From: a bacterium
Lineage (GTDB): Bacteria > Eisenbacteria > RBG-16-71-46
DNA: 10,079 nucleotides
Reading direction: 5' to 3'
Assembly (NCBI GenBank): GCA_043779265.1
Contig: JAYWEM010000080.1
Location: 1 to 10,079, forward strand
In this document: positions 1 through 6,823 of the stretch, piece by piece
Layout of the letters: each line of letters begins with the position of its first letter
Position numbering within the stretch: the stretch's first letter is position 1
The notes under the pieces: model-generated
Databases searched by the model: none
What the model saw: only the letters and a program-made list of their open reading frames with translations
What the model was told of the DNA's origin: nothing
Made by a program: the position numbers and the translations under genes

Positions 1-1255
1 GGCGCTCGATTGTCCGTCCAGCACACGAACGCACCGTTCGCGCCGTCGCTCAGCACGTCGGCCCCGTACTGGTCGCCCAGCTCCTGGCTCACCGCGGCAC
101 CGTTCGATGCCCACTGCACGACGCCGAGCGCATTCACCCGCTGGGCGTAGACAACGGAACCGTTACCGCTGCGATAGTCCTGCCACGCGAGGACGGCGCC
201 GCCTGTGCCTTCGGAGTCCACTCGCACCGACGACTGGGCGGAAGTGGCGACGCAGAGCGCCACTCCTTGGGCCGTCCACTGGGGCACGCCTGCTGCGTTG
301 ACTCTCTGAACGTAGACGTCGGAATCGCTGACTCGATCGTCGATCCAAGCGACCAGCGCACCGCCCGAGCCATCGCTGTCCGCGTCACAGGCCCCTTGGA
401 ATCCCGCACCCGTCAGGACGACTCCGTCCACCGCCCACTGGGCGGCACCGCTGCCATTCAGACGTTGCGCGTACACATCCGCATCGCCGCGGAGATCTTC
501 CCAGGCGATGATCGCGCCGCCCGCCCCGTCGCTCACGGGTTTCGGGGAATACTGTTCGCCCAGCGATCCGCACACCACGACGCCGTCCAGTGTCCACAGG
601 GGGGCGCCAGCGGCACTCACGCGTTGAGCATGGATGTCAGCCGCACCGCTGCGCTCATCCCACCACGTGACGATCGCACCACTGGAGCCATCGGAGGCGA
701 TGGTAGGGCTGGACTGATTCCCTGCTGCCACGCACATGGGGACGCCGTTTCCCGTCCACTGCACGGCGCCGGCGCTGTTGACGCGCTGGACGTAGACATC
801 GTTGTGGGATGCGTTGCGCCAGTCGTACCAAGTGATGATGGCGCCACCCACCCCATCGCCGACCATCTTGGGCGTCAGCTGGTAATTGGCCGCGGTGCAG
901 ATGGCGACGCCGCCGGGTGTCCACTGCGTGACGCCGGGGCCATTGATGCGCTGCGCATAGATATCGATTTGCGAGCCACCACTTCTGGAATCGCTCCAAA
1001 CGATAATGGCACTGTCGGCGCCATCGGAGATGATCTGGGGCTCATCAGCACCGCCGATGCTGGTCGAGACGTGCAATCCATCAATCGCCCAGAGTGGTAG
1101 CCCGGACGCCGTGAGGCGCTGGGCGTAGACGAATGCTGTGTCGCCAGTGCGGAAATCGGTCCAGGCGATGATGACGCCGCCGGCGCCGTCGCTGGTCAGA
1201 GTGGCCGCGTTCTGAGTATTGAAGGCCGAGCAGACCGGGTTGCCATTCGGCACCC
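1..1255 (-). repeat. Protein-level tandem repeat, about 165 bp / 55 aa, 7 complete copies plus 1 partial
   Basis: Recurring cores: LTSDGAGG, IISDGADS, MVGDGVGG, IASDGSSG, PVSDGAGG, ADSDGSGG, VDSEGTGG, VLSDGANG. Each is followed by three or four hydrophobic residues, WxDxR and, in the complete copies, (V/I)(Y/H)(A/V)QR(V/L/I)xxxGxxxW. The copies are diverged at the DNA level. Confidence 0.9.
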
Positions 1256-1328
1256 ATGCGGCGAGGGCCGGCTGGGGAACCGTCGGAATCGTGGCGAGAG
1301 CCAAAAGCATCGCCCACACCGTTCGCAT
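1..1328 (-). CDS. Secreted beta-repeat (probable beta-propeller) protein, partial; runs off the left edge
   Basis: Manual translation of the - frame (codon starts at positions congruent to 2 mod 3) shows no stop from 1328 to 1. It begins MRTVWAMLLALATIPTVPQPALA|AWVPNGNPVC (signal peptide-like, AxA site), followed by 8 copies of a ~55-aa unit, e.g. PTIASDGSSGAIVTWWDERSGAADIHAQRVSAAGAPLWTLDGVVVC. Absent from the ORF track because there is no stop in the window. An alternative in-frame GTG start lies at 1415. Confidence 0.88.
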   Translation of the reverse strand, partial: MRTVWAMLLALATIPTVPQPALAAWVPNGNPVCSAFNTQNAATLTSDGAGGVIIAWTDFRTGDTAFVYAQRLTASGLPLWAIDGLHVSTSIGGADEPQIISDGADSAIIVWSDSRSGGSQIDIYAQRINGPGVTQWTPGGVAICTAANYQLTPKMVGDGVGGAIITWYDWRNASHNDVYVQRVNSAGAVQWTGNGVPMCVAAGNQSSPTIASDGSSGAIVTWWDERSGAADIHAQRVSAAGAPLWTLDGVVVCGSLGEQYSPKPVSDGAGGAIIAWEDLRGDADVYAQRLNGSGAAQWAVDGVVLTGAGFQGACDADSDGSGGALVAWIDDRVSDSDVYVQRVNAAGVPQWTAQGVALCVATSAQSSVRVDSEGTGGAVLAWQDYRSGNGSVVYAQRVNALGVVQWASNGAAVSQELGDQYGADVLSDGANGAFVCWTDNRA

Positions 1329-1492
1329 CGATCCGAGACGATGGGCGCCTCGTGTCGACGATGCCGGAGCGTTGACCCTGAGAAGGAGTACGAAGGCTCT
1401 GAGAACCTGGCGCACGATCGGTCCCACCCCAGTCTTGCAGCGTGAGTCGCCTGACCTGATCGAGGCGGCGTGGGCCGCCGGGGGAAGAGTCC

Positions 1493-1522
1493 ATGTTAGT
1501 GACTCCGGAACGAGGAGGGCAA
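1493..1522 (-). promoter_or_regulatory. Putative sigma70-type promoter for the leftward beta-repeat gene
   Basis: The - strand reads TTGCCC (1522-1517), 18 nt, TAACAT (1498-1493), in the divergent intergenic region. Motif match only. Confidence 0.4.
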
Positions 1523-1638
1523 TGGAATTGGGTGCCCTTCCCTGTCCCCCACTCCCCGGCCGTCAGGTCGCGCTACACTTCGCTGGCCGCTCCTCAGGAG
1601 AGCGGCCTCTCCCTCGCAACCCAGGCCAAGGATCCCCC

Positions 1639-2097
1639 ATGTTGCAGCGGCTCAAGGAACTGCTCATCGGAAGCCCGGACGATGAAGGCGCCTCGCCTCG
1701 GTCCCACTCCACCGGTTACCCACCCGAGGTCGCGGTCGCGGCCCTGCTGCTCGAAGTGGCGAGTGCGGACGATCACCTGCATGTGCTCGAACAGGCCACG
1801 CTCGCCAATGGTCTCCGGCAACAGTTCGGGCTCGATGCCGATGGCGTCGAAGCGGTGATCGCGCGGGCCGAGGCCGCGCGACGTGACTCGATCTCGCTGC
1901 ACGAGTTCACCAGCGTCATCCTGCGCGAGTACAGCGAGCCTCGGCGCCTGGCGATCGTCGAAGTGCTGTGGCGCGTCATCCTGGCCGACGGTGAGCTGAC
2001 GACCGACGAGACCGTCTTGGCCCGGCGACTGGGGCACCTGCTCGAACTTCGGCCCGAGGACGTCTCGGTCGCCATCCGCAACGCGCGAGCGCGCTGA
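1639..2097 (+). CDS. TerB-family (tellurite resistance B-like, COG4103-type) protein, 152 aa
   Basis: ATG at 1639 is preceded by AAGGA (1628-1632). The protein MLQRLKELLIG...VAVAALLLEVASADDHLHVLE...SISLHEFTSVI...RLAIVEVLWRVILADGELTTDE...LGHLLEL has the two AD(x)6E half-motifs typical of TerB-like helical bundles. The longer ORF-track start at 1219 overlaps the divergent gene. Confidence 0.88.
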   Translation: MLQRLKELLIGSPDDEGASPRSHSTGYPPEVAVAALLLEVASADDHLHVLEQATLANGLRQQFGLDADGVEAVIARAEAARRDSISLHEFTSVILREYSEPRRLAIVEVLWRVILADGELTTDETVLARRLGHLLELRPEDVSVAIRNARAR

Positions 2098-2111
2098 TGC
2101 GGCCAGCGCGC
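2089..2111. terminator. GC hairpin between the convergent terB-like and nnrS stops (possible terminator or 3' stabiliser)
   Basis: GCGCGCTG (2089-2096), 7-nt loop, CAGCGCGC (2104-2111). There is no U-tract on either side, so it is atypical. Confidence 0.3.
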
Positions 2112-2113
2112 GA

Positions 2114-3304
2114 CTAGTTCGACGCTGGCTTCGCGGGCACCGCGTTGTGCCGGATGCGCGGCCACGCCGCGCTGAACCACACGATACAGGCAAGCGTCCA
2201 GACGGCACCGCTGAGTGCATACCAGTGGAGTGCGCGCTCAGGTCGGAGTTCTCCGATGACGCGCGCGGCAAGCGCGGCGAGCAGCAGCGTCACGACCGAG
2301 GCCTTCAGGAGCAGGTGCTCGGACGGGAACCCGTGCTTACCATGGGCGATGACGACGCGCGTCGCGATTGCGAACGTGAGCAGGCCGAAGCCGCCGATGA
2401 AGACGATATGAAGTCCCGCGAGCGTCCAGTGTGACCCGAGTGCCGCGAGCCAGAGTCCGATCAGCATGAACGCGCCGGCGCCCCACATGCTCCACGCTGA
2501 GCGGTCGCCCCGCCCCGGGCCCCGGTGGAGCTTCCAGGCCATCGCCAGGACGATCGTCGCGGCAGCAGCACGTAGACGCGCGCCCCACAGCGGCGCGTCC
2601 ATCGCCTCCAGCGCGAACGCCCCCACGAACAGCGCGGCGATCGAGGCGTGGAATATGAACTTCGGCAGCCATTCGTGCGCCTTCGCGATACCCGGGATCT
2701 CGAGCGGGCCACGCATTCCGATGAACGTGGGCACGAGCAGCGAGCCGACGCCGAGCACGAGTGTCAGCAACATGCCGATCGACAGCAGATGGTCGGCGAA
2801 GCGAGGCGGGCCGAAGGCCTGCGCACCGAACGACTGGGCGATCAGCAGCACGCTGCCGGTGATTCCGAACAGCATCCCGAGGCCGACGTGGACGAACTCT
2901 GCTGGCGGCTTCTGCGAGGCTCGCGGCAGGCGACGCGCCATCGCGGCGACCACGCCGAGCAGCGCCAGCAGTGCGCAGACATGCGCCGCGCCATCCAGGC
3001 CGACCAGGGCGAATGGGCCGAAGAGCGCGAGGGCAGCGAACGCCGTTCCCGATTCGGCTCGCGTGGTCGGCCGACTGTGGGTGAGTCCGGGTAGAGCGGT
3101 GAGCAGGAAGCCGACGACGAAGCACAGCTCGAAACCCTGGATCATCAGCATGCGATGGAGCGCGGCGGGGTACGGCACCCAGCCGGGGAGGGCGACGAGC
3201 CACAAGCCGGCACCGAGGGCGGCATAGCCGACGCCGAGCGGGAAGAACATGCGGTAGGGCTCGATCGGAGGTCGCGACTGTGGAGTCACCATGATAGGAG
3301 TCAT
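2114..3304 (-). CDS. nnrS: NnrS-family multi-pass membrane protein (nitrosative-stress associated)
   Basis: About 12 hydrophobic segments. N-terminal PYRMFFPLG, HRMLMIQGF..FVVGFLLTALP and C-terminal LHIVFIGGFGLLTFAIATRVVIAHG match the NnrS signatures (FRPFF, GFLLTA, LH..G....RV..GH). The start is uncertain: 3367 (has GAGG upstream), 3304 or 3292. Confidence 0.88.
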   Translation of the reverse strand: MTPIMVTPQSRPPIEPYRMFFPLGVGYAALGAGLWLVALPGWVPYPAALHRMLMIQGFELCFVVGFLLTALPGLTHSRPTTRAESGTAFAALALFGPFALVGLDGAAHVCALLALLGVVAAMARRLPRASQKPPAEFVHVGLGMLFGITGSVLLIAQSFGAQAFGPPRFADHLLSIGMLLTLVLGVGSLLVPTFIGMRGPLEIPGIAKAHEWLPKFIFHASIAALFVGAFALEAMDAPLWGARLRAAAATIVLAMAWKLHRGPGRGDRSAWSMWGAGAFMLIGLWLAALGSHWTLAGLHIVFIGGFGLLTFAIATRVVIAHGKHGFPSEHLLLKASVVTLLLAALAARVIGELRPERALHWYALSGAVWTLACIVWFSAAWPRIRHNAVPAKPASN

Positions 3305-3426
3305 ACGCGGCCACCGTACTTTCGACAAGTGAGCGGCCTCTGGAGTGCCCTTCGGATTCTGATGCATGCCAGCTTCCTCGCTCCTGTGTCCTCAGCAGGG
3401 AGATGGTGATATCAGACGATCTCCAG

Positions 3427-3435
3427 TGCTAGATT
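3427..3435 (+). promoter_or_regulatory. Putative extended -10 element upstream of the ECF-kinase operon
   Basis: TGcTAGATT fits TGnTAnnnT and lies in the divergent nnrS/ECF intergenic region. Motif match only. Confidence 0.35.
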
Positions 3436-3510
3436 GCCCAGCGCCCTGTAGGAATGACTCGAACCCGAGGCGAGGCCGATGCGCGAGCGGTTCCTGAAGC
3501 CGAGCCGGCC

Positions 3511-4098
3511 ATGAGCACCGAGACCATCGCCACGTTGCTGGCGGACCTTCGCAGAGGGGATCGCCGTGCACTCGATGCGTTGGTGCCACTTCTCTACGAC
3601 GAGTTGCGACGCATTGCACATCGACAGCGTGATCACCGTGCTTCGGCCGAGACGATGCAGACGACCGTGTTGGTCCACGAGGCCTATCTGCGCCTTGCCG
3701 AGAGAAGCCGCCTTCAGTTCGCCGACGAGGATCACTTCCTCGCCGCCTCGGCCACGATCATGCGTCACATCCTGGTCGATCACGCGCGCAGGCGACTGGC
3801 TCAGAAGCGAGGCGGCGGTGTGGCGCCATTGCCCATCGCCGATGATCTGGATGGCGGCGACGAGGCGCTCATGAGCGAGGCCGAGGGCCTGCTCGAACTC
3901 GACGGGGCACTGCTTCGCCTGGCCGAGCTGAGCCCTCGGCTCGCGGAGGTGGTCGAGATGCGGTTCTTCGCGGGCTTCAGCGTGGAGGAGACGGCACGCC
4001 TGATCGGCCGGGATGCGCGCACGATCAAGCGGGACTGGCAGAAGGCGAGGCTCCTGCTGGCGGGCATGCTCGGCAGGGATTCGGTGCTGGAACCATGA
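3511..4098 (+). CDS. ECF-type RNA polymerase sigma factor, kinase-associated type (TIGR02999 / ECF43-like), 195 aa
   Basis: IATLLADLRRGDRRALDALVPLLYDELRRIA...TMQTTVLVHEAYLRL...HFLAASATIMRHILVDHARRRLAQKRGGG...LDGALLRL...PRLAEVVEMRFFAGFSVEETA...TIKRDWQKARLLL is the characteristic pattern. The stop overlaps the kinase start (ATGA 4095-4098). Alternative start at 3454. Confidence 0.93.
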   Translation: MSTETIATLLADLRRGDRRALDALVPLLYDELRRIAHRQRDHRASAETMQTTVLVHEAYLRLAERSRLQFADEDHFLAASATIMRHILVDHARRRLAQKRGGGVAPLPIADDLDGGDEALMSEAEGLLELDGALLRLAELSPRLAEVVEMRFFAGFSVEETARLIGRDARTIKRDWQKARLLLAGMLGRDSVLEP

Positions 4099-6689
4099 GC
4101 GATTCCCCGGTGCAAGGCTCGCTTGACGCGCGGCTGGCTGCCGCTTGGCCCCGACTGGAACCGCTCCTCGACGCGCTGCTCGAGATCCGCGATCCAGCCG
4201 CGAGGGAAGCGCGACTCCGGAAAGTGGCGACCGCCGATCCCGAACTGGGCGCGCTGGCGGCCGAGCTCCTGCGCCGCATTCGCACGGATGAGGACGTGCC
4301 TTCGAACGATGCGGGTGGCCGTCTGCCGACTCTGCTGGATGATGCGTTCTCGTTGCGCAGCGACAAGCCGCCTCACTCCGAAGAGCCAGCGGAGCGCTGG
4401 GGGCCCTATCGACGAGTTCGGACGCTCGGTCAGGGCGGAACGGGGCTGGTGTTCCATGCCGAGCGTGACGACGGGCAGTTCGAACAGCGCGTCGCGGTCA
4501 AGGTGCTCCGGGTCGAGATCGACACGGCCGAGTCGCGCGAGCGACTCAAGCGCGAGCGTCAGATCCTCGCGCGGCTCGATCACCCCGGCATCTCGCGGCT
4601 GATCGATGGTGGCATCGGGGCCGATGGGAGGCCGTGGTTCGCCATGGAGTACGTCGAAGGCGAGCCGATCACGGCCTACATGAAGCGGCTCGATCTCGAG
4701 CTTGTCGAGCGGCTGGCGCTGTTCCGCCGAGTGGTCGCTGCCGTTCGATACCTGCATCAGAACCTGCTCGTCCATCGCGACCTCAAGCCCGCCAACGTGC
4801 TCGTGACCGAGTCCGGCGACGTGCGAGTGCTCGACCTCGGCATCGCGCGGATTCTCGCGGATGCGTCCGGCTCGACGCCCGAGTCCTCGCGCACCGAAGC
4901 GGCCATGACACCGGCGTATGCTGCGCCCGAGCAGATCATCGGACGGCCGACGACGACCGCCGTGGATGTGTTCGCCCTCGGTTTGCTCCTGCACGAGTCG
5001 CTCTCGGCGCACTCTGCCTTCCCCGAGGGGCGATTCGCCGCGCACTCGGCCGGCGATGTGGCGTCGTTCCGAACCGCCTCAGCCGCCGGAGTCGATCCGG
5101 ATCTCGATGCCATCATCGCACGCGCCCTGAGGCCCGAACCCGATGAGCGCTACCCGTCGGTCGAGGCGCTCGACGAGGATCTGGCGCGCTATCTCGAAGG
5201 CAGTCCGGTCGAGGCTCGCCGTGGCGGATGGCGCTATCGCGCATCCAAGTCGATACGACGTCACCGTGCGGCATGGGTGGCGGTCGCGGCGCTCGTGGTC
5301 ACCGTGGCGATCGGATTCTCGGTGACCCTCTGGCAGGCACGCGTGGCGCGCGAAGAGGCCGGGCGCGCCGAGGCGGTGAGCCGATTCCTGCTGCGCATCT
5401 TCGAGGGCGCCGATCCCGAGCTCGAGCAGGGTCCGACGACCACTGCTCGAACACTGCTGGATCGAGGGGCGGCGAGCATCCGCGAGGAACTGGCGCCGCA
5501 GCCGGAGCTGCGCGCCGAGATGTTGCACACACTGGGCGGGCTCTACTCCAAGTTAGGTGAGTACGACGAGGCGCACGGCCTGTTCGATGAGGCGTGGAGG
5601 CTGCGCCAGTCCCTCCCGCGTCTCTCGCTGCGCGATCGGCTCGCCAGTCTGACCGCACTGGCGCAAGCTGAGCAGGCGCGCGGACGTGGCGCCGAAGCCG
5701 AGAGCCTGTTCCGAAGCTCGCTCGCCCTGCTCGACGGTTCCGCGCCGCCGGTGCCCCTGGAACTGGCCACGGCGCGCAATGGCCTGGCGAGTGTGCTCAA
5801 CGAGTATGGCCAGGGTCAGGCGGCGGATTCGCTTGCGCGGCTTGCACTCGATGCGCGTCGCCGTCATGGCGCCGACACGCTGGAGGTGGCCGAGTCGCTC
5901 AATGAGCTGGCGACGATCGCCTACAGCCGCGGACGGTACGAGGAAGCCACCAAGTGGTTCACGCAGTCGCTCGCGCTGCTCGAGCACCGACTGGGCGAGT
6001 CCTCGCTCAAGGGGGCGGCGCTCCGAAGCAACTTGGCGACCGCCTTCGTCCAGCAGGGCCGACTCGCGGATGCGGAGCAGATGTTCCGCCGTGCGCTCGA
6101 GACTCAGCGCGCTCGACTGGGTAGTGGGCACCCTCGCGTGGCGATCAGCCTCGCTGGCTTGGCGGGAATCGCTTCGCGTCAGGAGCGCCTGGTCGAGGCG
6201 GACTCGCTCTACAGCGAGGTGCTGCGCGTCAATCAGCTCACCTATGGCGCTCGCCACCCGGAGGTGGCCAAAGCGCTCCACGATGCCGGACGCGCCAAGC
6301 TGCGATTGGGCCGGATCGGCGAGGCCGAATCCGCCTATCGCGAGTGCCTCTCGATCCTGACCGAGGTGCTGGGCCCCGGGCACCCGTTCGTCGGCAAGAC
6401 GCTCGGCAGTCTCGGTGATCTGCAGCGTGTGGCGAGACAGGCTGGGGCGGCCGAGGCCACCTACCGCCGCAGCCTCGGCATCCTCGCTCAGAGCCTCGGC
6501 CCGGAACACGAACTGACCGCACAGTCGGCCAGCGGTCTTGGGCGCGTGCTGCTCGAGTCCGGCCGCGCGGTCGAGGCGCTCCCCCATTTGCGCGCCGCCC
6601 ACGCCACGATGGCTCGGCAGTTCTCAGCTGATGATCCGAGAGTCGAGCAGGCACGGCAACTGCTCGAGGCCGCGCTCGAGCCCCGTTGA
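4095..6689 (+). CDS. Membrane-anchored Hanks-type Ser/Thr protein kinase with C-terminal TPR array, 864 aa
   Basis: Kinase motifs: GQGGTG Gly-loop, VAVK, ERQILARLDHPGI, HRDLKPAN, DLG (DFG position), TPAYAAPE, DVFALG, RYPS. One transmembrane helix (AAWVAVAALVVTVAIGFSVTLW), then roughly nine ~42-aa TPR-like repeats with LGxxHPxVA-type turns (LGSGHPRVA, YGARHPEVA, LGPGHPFVG, LGPEHELTA). Confidence 0.95.
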   Translation: MSDSPVQGSLDARLAAAWPRLEPLLDALLEIRDPAAREARLRKVATADPELGALAAELLRRIRTDEDVPSNDAGGRLPTLLDDAFSLRSDKPPHSEEPAERWGPYRRVRTLGQGGTGLVFHAERDDGQFEQRVAVKVLRVEIDTAESRERLKRERQILARLDHPGISRLIDGGIGADGRPWFAMEYVEGEPITAYMKRLDLELVERLALFRRVVAAVRYLHQNLLVHRDLKPANVLVTESGDVRVLDLGIARILADASGSTPESSRTEAAMTPAYAAPEQIIGRPTTTAVDVFALGLLLHESLSAHSAFPEGRFAAHSAGDVASFRTASAAGVDPDLDAIIARALRPEPDERYPSVEALDEDLARYLEGSPVEARRGGWRYRASKSIRRHRAAWVAVAALVVTVAIGFSVTLWQARVAREEAGRAEAVSRFLLRIFEGADPELEQGPTTTARTLLDRGAASIREELAPQPELRAEMLHTLGGLYSKLGEYDEAHGLFDEAWRLRQSLPRLSLRDRLASLTALAQAEQARGRGAEAESLFRSSLALLDGSAPPVPLELATARNGLASVLNEYGQGQAADSLARLALDARRRHGADTLEVAESLNELATIAYSRGRYEEATKWFTQSLALLEHRLGESSLKGAALRSNLATAFVQQGRLADAEQMFRRALETQRARLGSGHPRVAISLAGLAGIASRQERLVEADSLYSEVLRVNQLTYGARHPEVAKALHDAGRAKLRLGRIGEAESAYRECLSILTEVLGPGHPFVGKTLGSLGDLQRVARQAGAAEATYRRSLGILAQSLGPEHELTAQSASGLGRVLLESGRAVEALPHLRAAHATMARQFSADDPRVEQARQLLEAALEPR

Positions 6690-6729
6690 GCGAGGCGCCG
6701 GGGTACCTCCGCATTCCGGACGTTGGGCA

Positions 6730-6756
6730 TGTCCCCTTCTGCGCGGGGAATCCGTT
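6730..6756 (+). promoter_or_regulatory. Candidate ECF-dependent promoter upstream of the FG-GAP/S11 gene
   Basis: TGTCCC (6730-6735), 17 nt, CGTT (6753-6756) in the 134-bp gap after the kinase. A CGT-core -10 is common among ECF promoters. Assignment to this sigma is inference. Confidence 0.35.
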
Positions 6757-6823
6757 CACCGAGTAGGCGAAGTCCTGTGCGCCGCGCACACGGTCCGTGA
6801 CGCCCATTCCTCGGAGACCGATC

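Noticed and set aside
267..1100. 277-aa + strand ORF
   Set aside because: Antisense shadow of the repeat-protein gene. Its periodicity mirrors the - strand repeats, and the - frame has the signal peptide and coherent motifs.
1081..1494. 137-aa - strand ORF as the true start of the left gene (frameshift or pseudogene)
   Set aside because: It is in a different frame and has no recognisable features. The repeat-coding frame already has its own start and signal peptide, so no frameshift is needed.
1543..1564. Second copy of the TGTCCC ECF-like promoter upstream of the terB-like gene
   Set aside because: TGTCCC is present but the following CGT lies 12 nt away rather than 17, so it does not match the 6730 element.
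1219..1638. 140-aa N-terminal extension of the TerB-like ORF
   Set aside because: It overlaps the start and promoter region of the divergent gene. The TerB-like sequence and an SD-like AAGGA point to ATG 1639.
3406..3415. FNR/DNR box upstream of nnrS
   Set aside because: GTGAT-ATCAG lacks the 4-nt spacer and the terminal bases of TTGAT-N4-ATCAA.
3801..6602. Long - strand ORFs 3801..5045 and 5553..6602
   Set aside because: Antisense to the clearly recognisable ECF and kinase genes; no independent coding signal.
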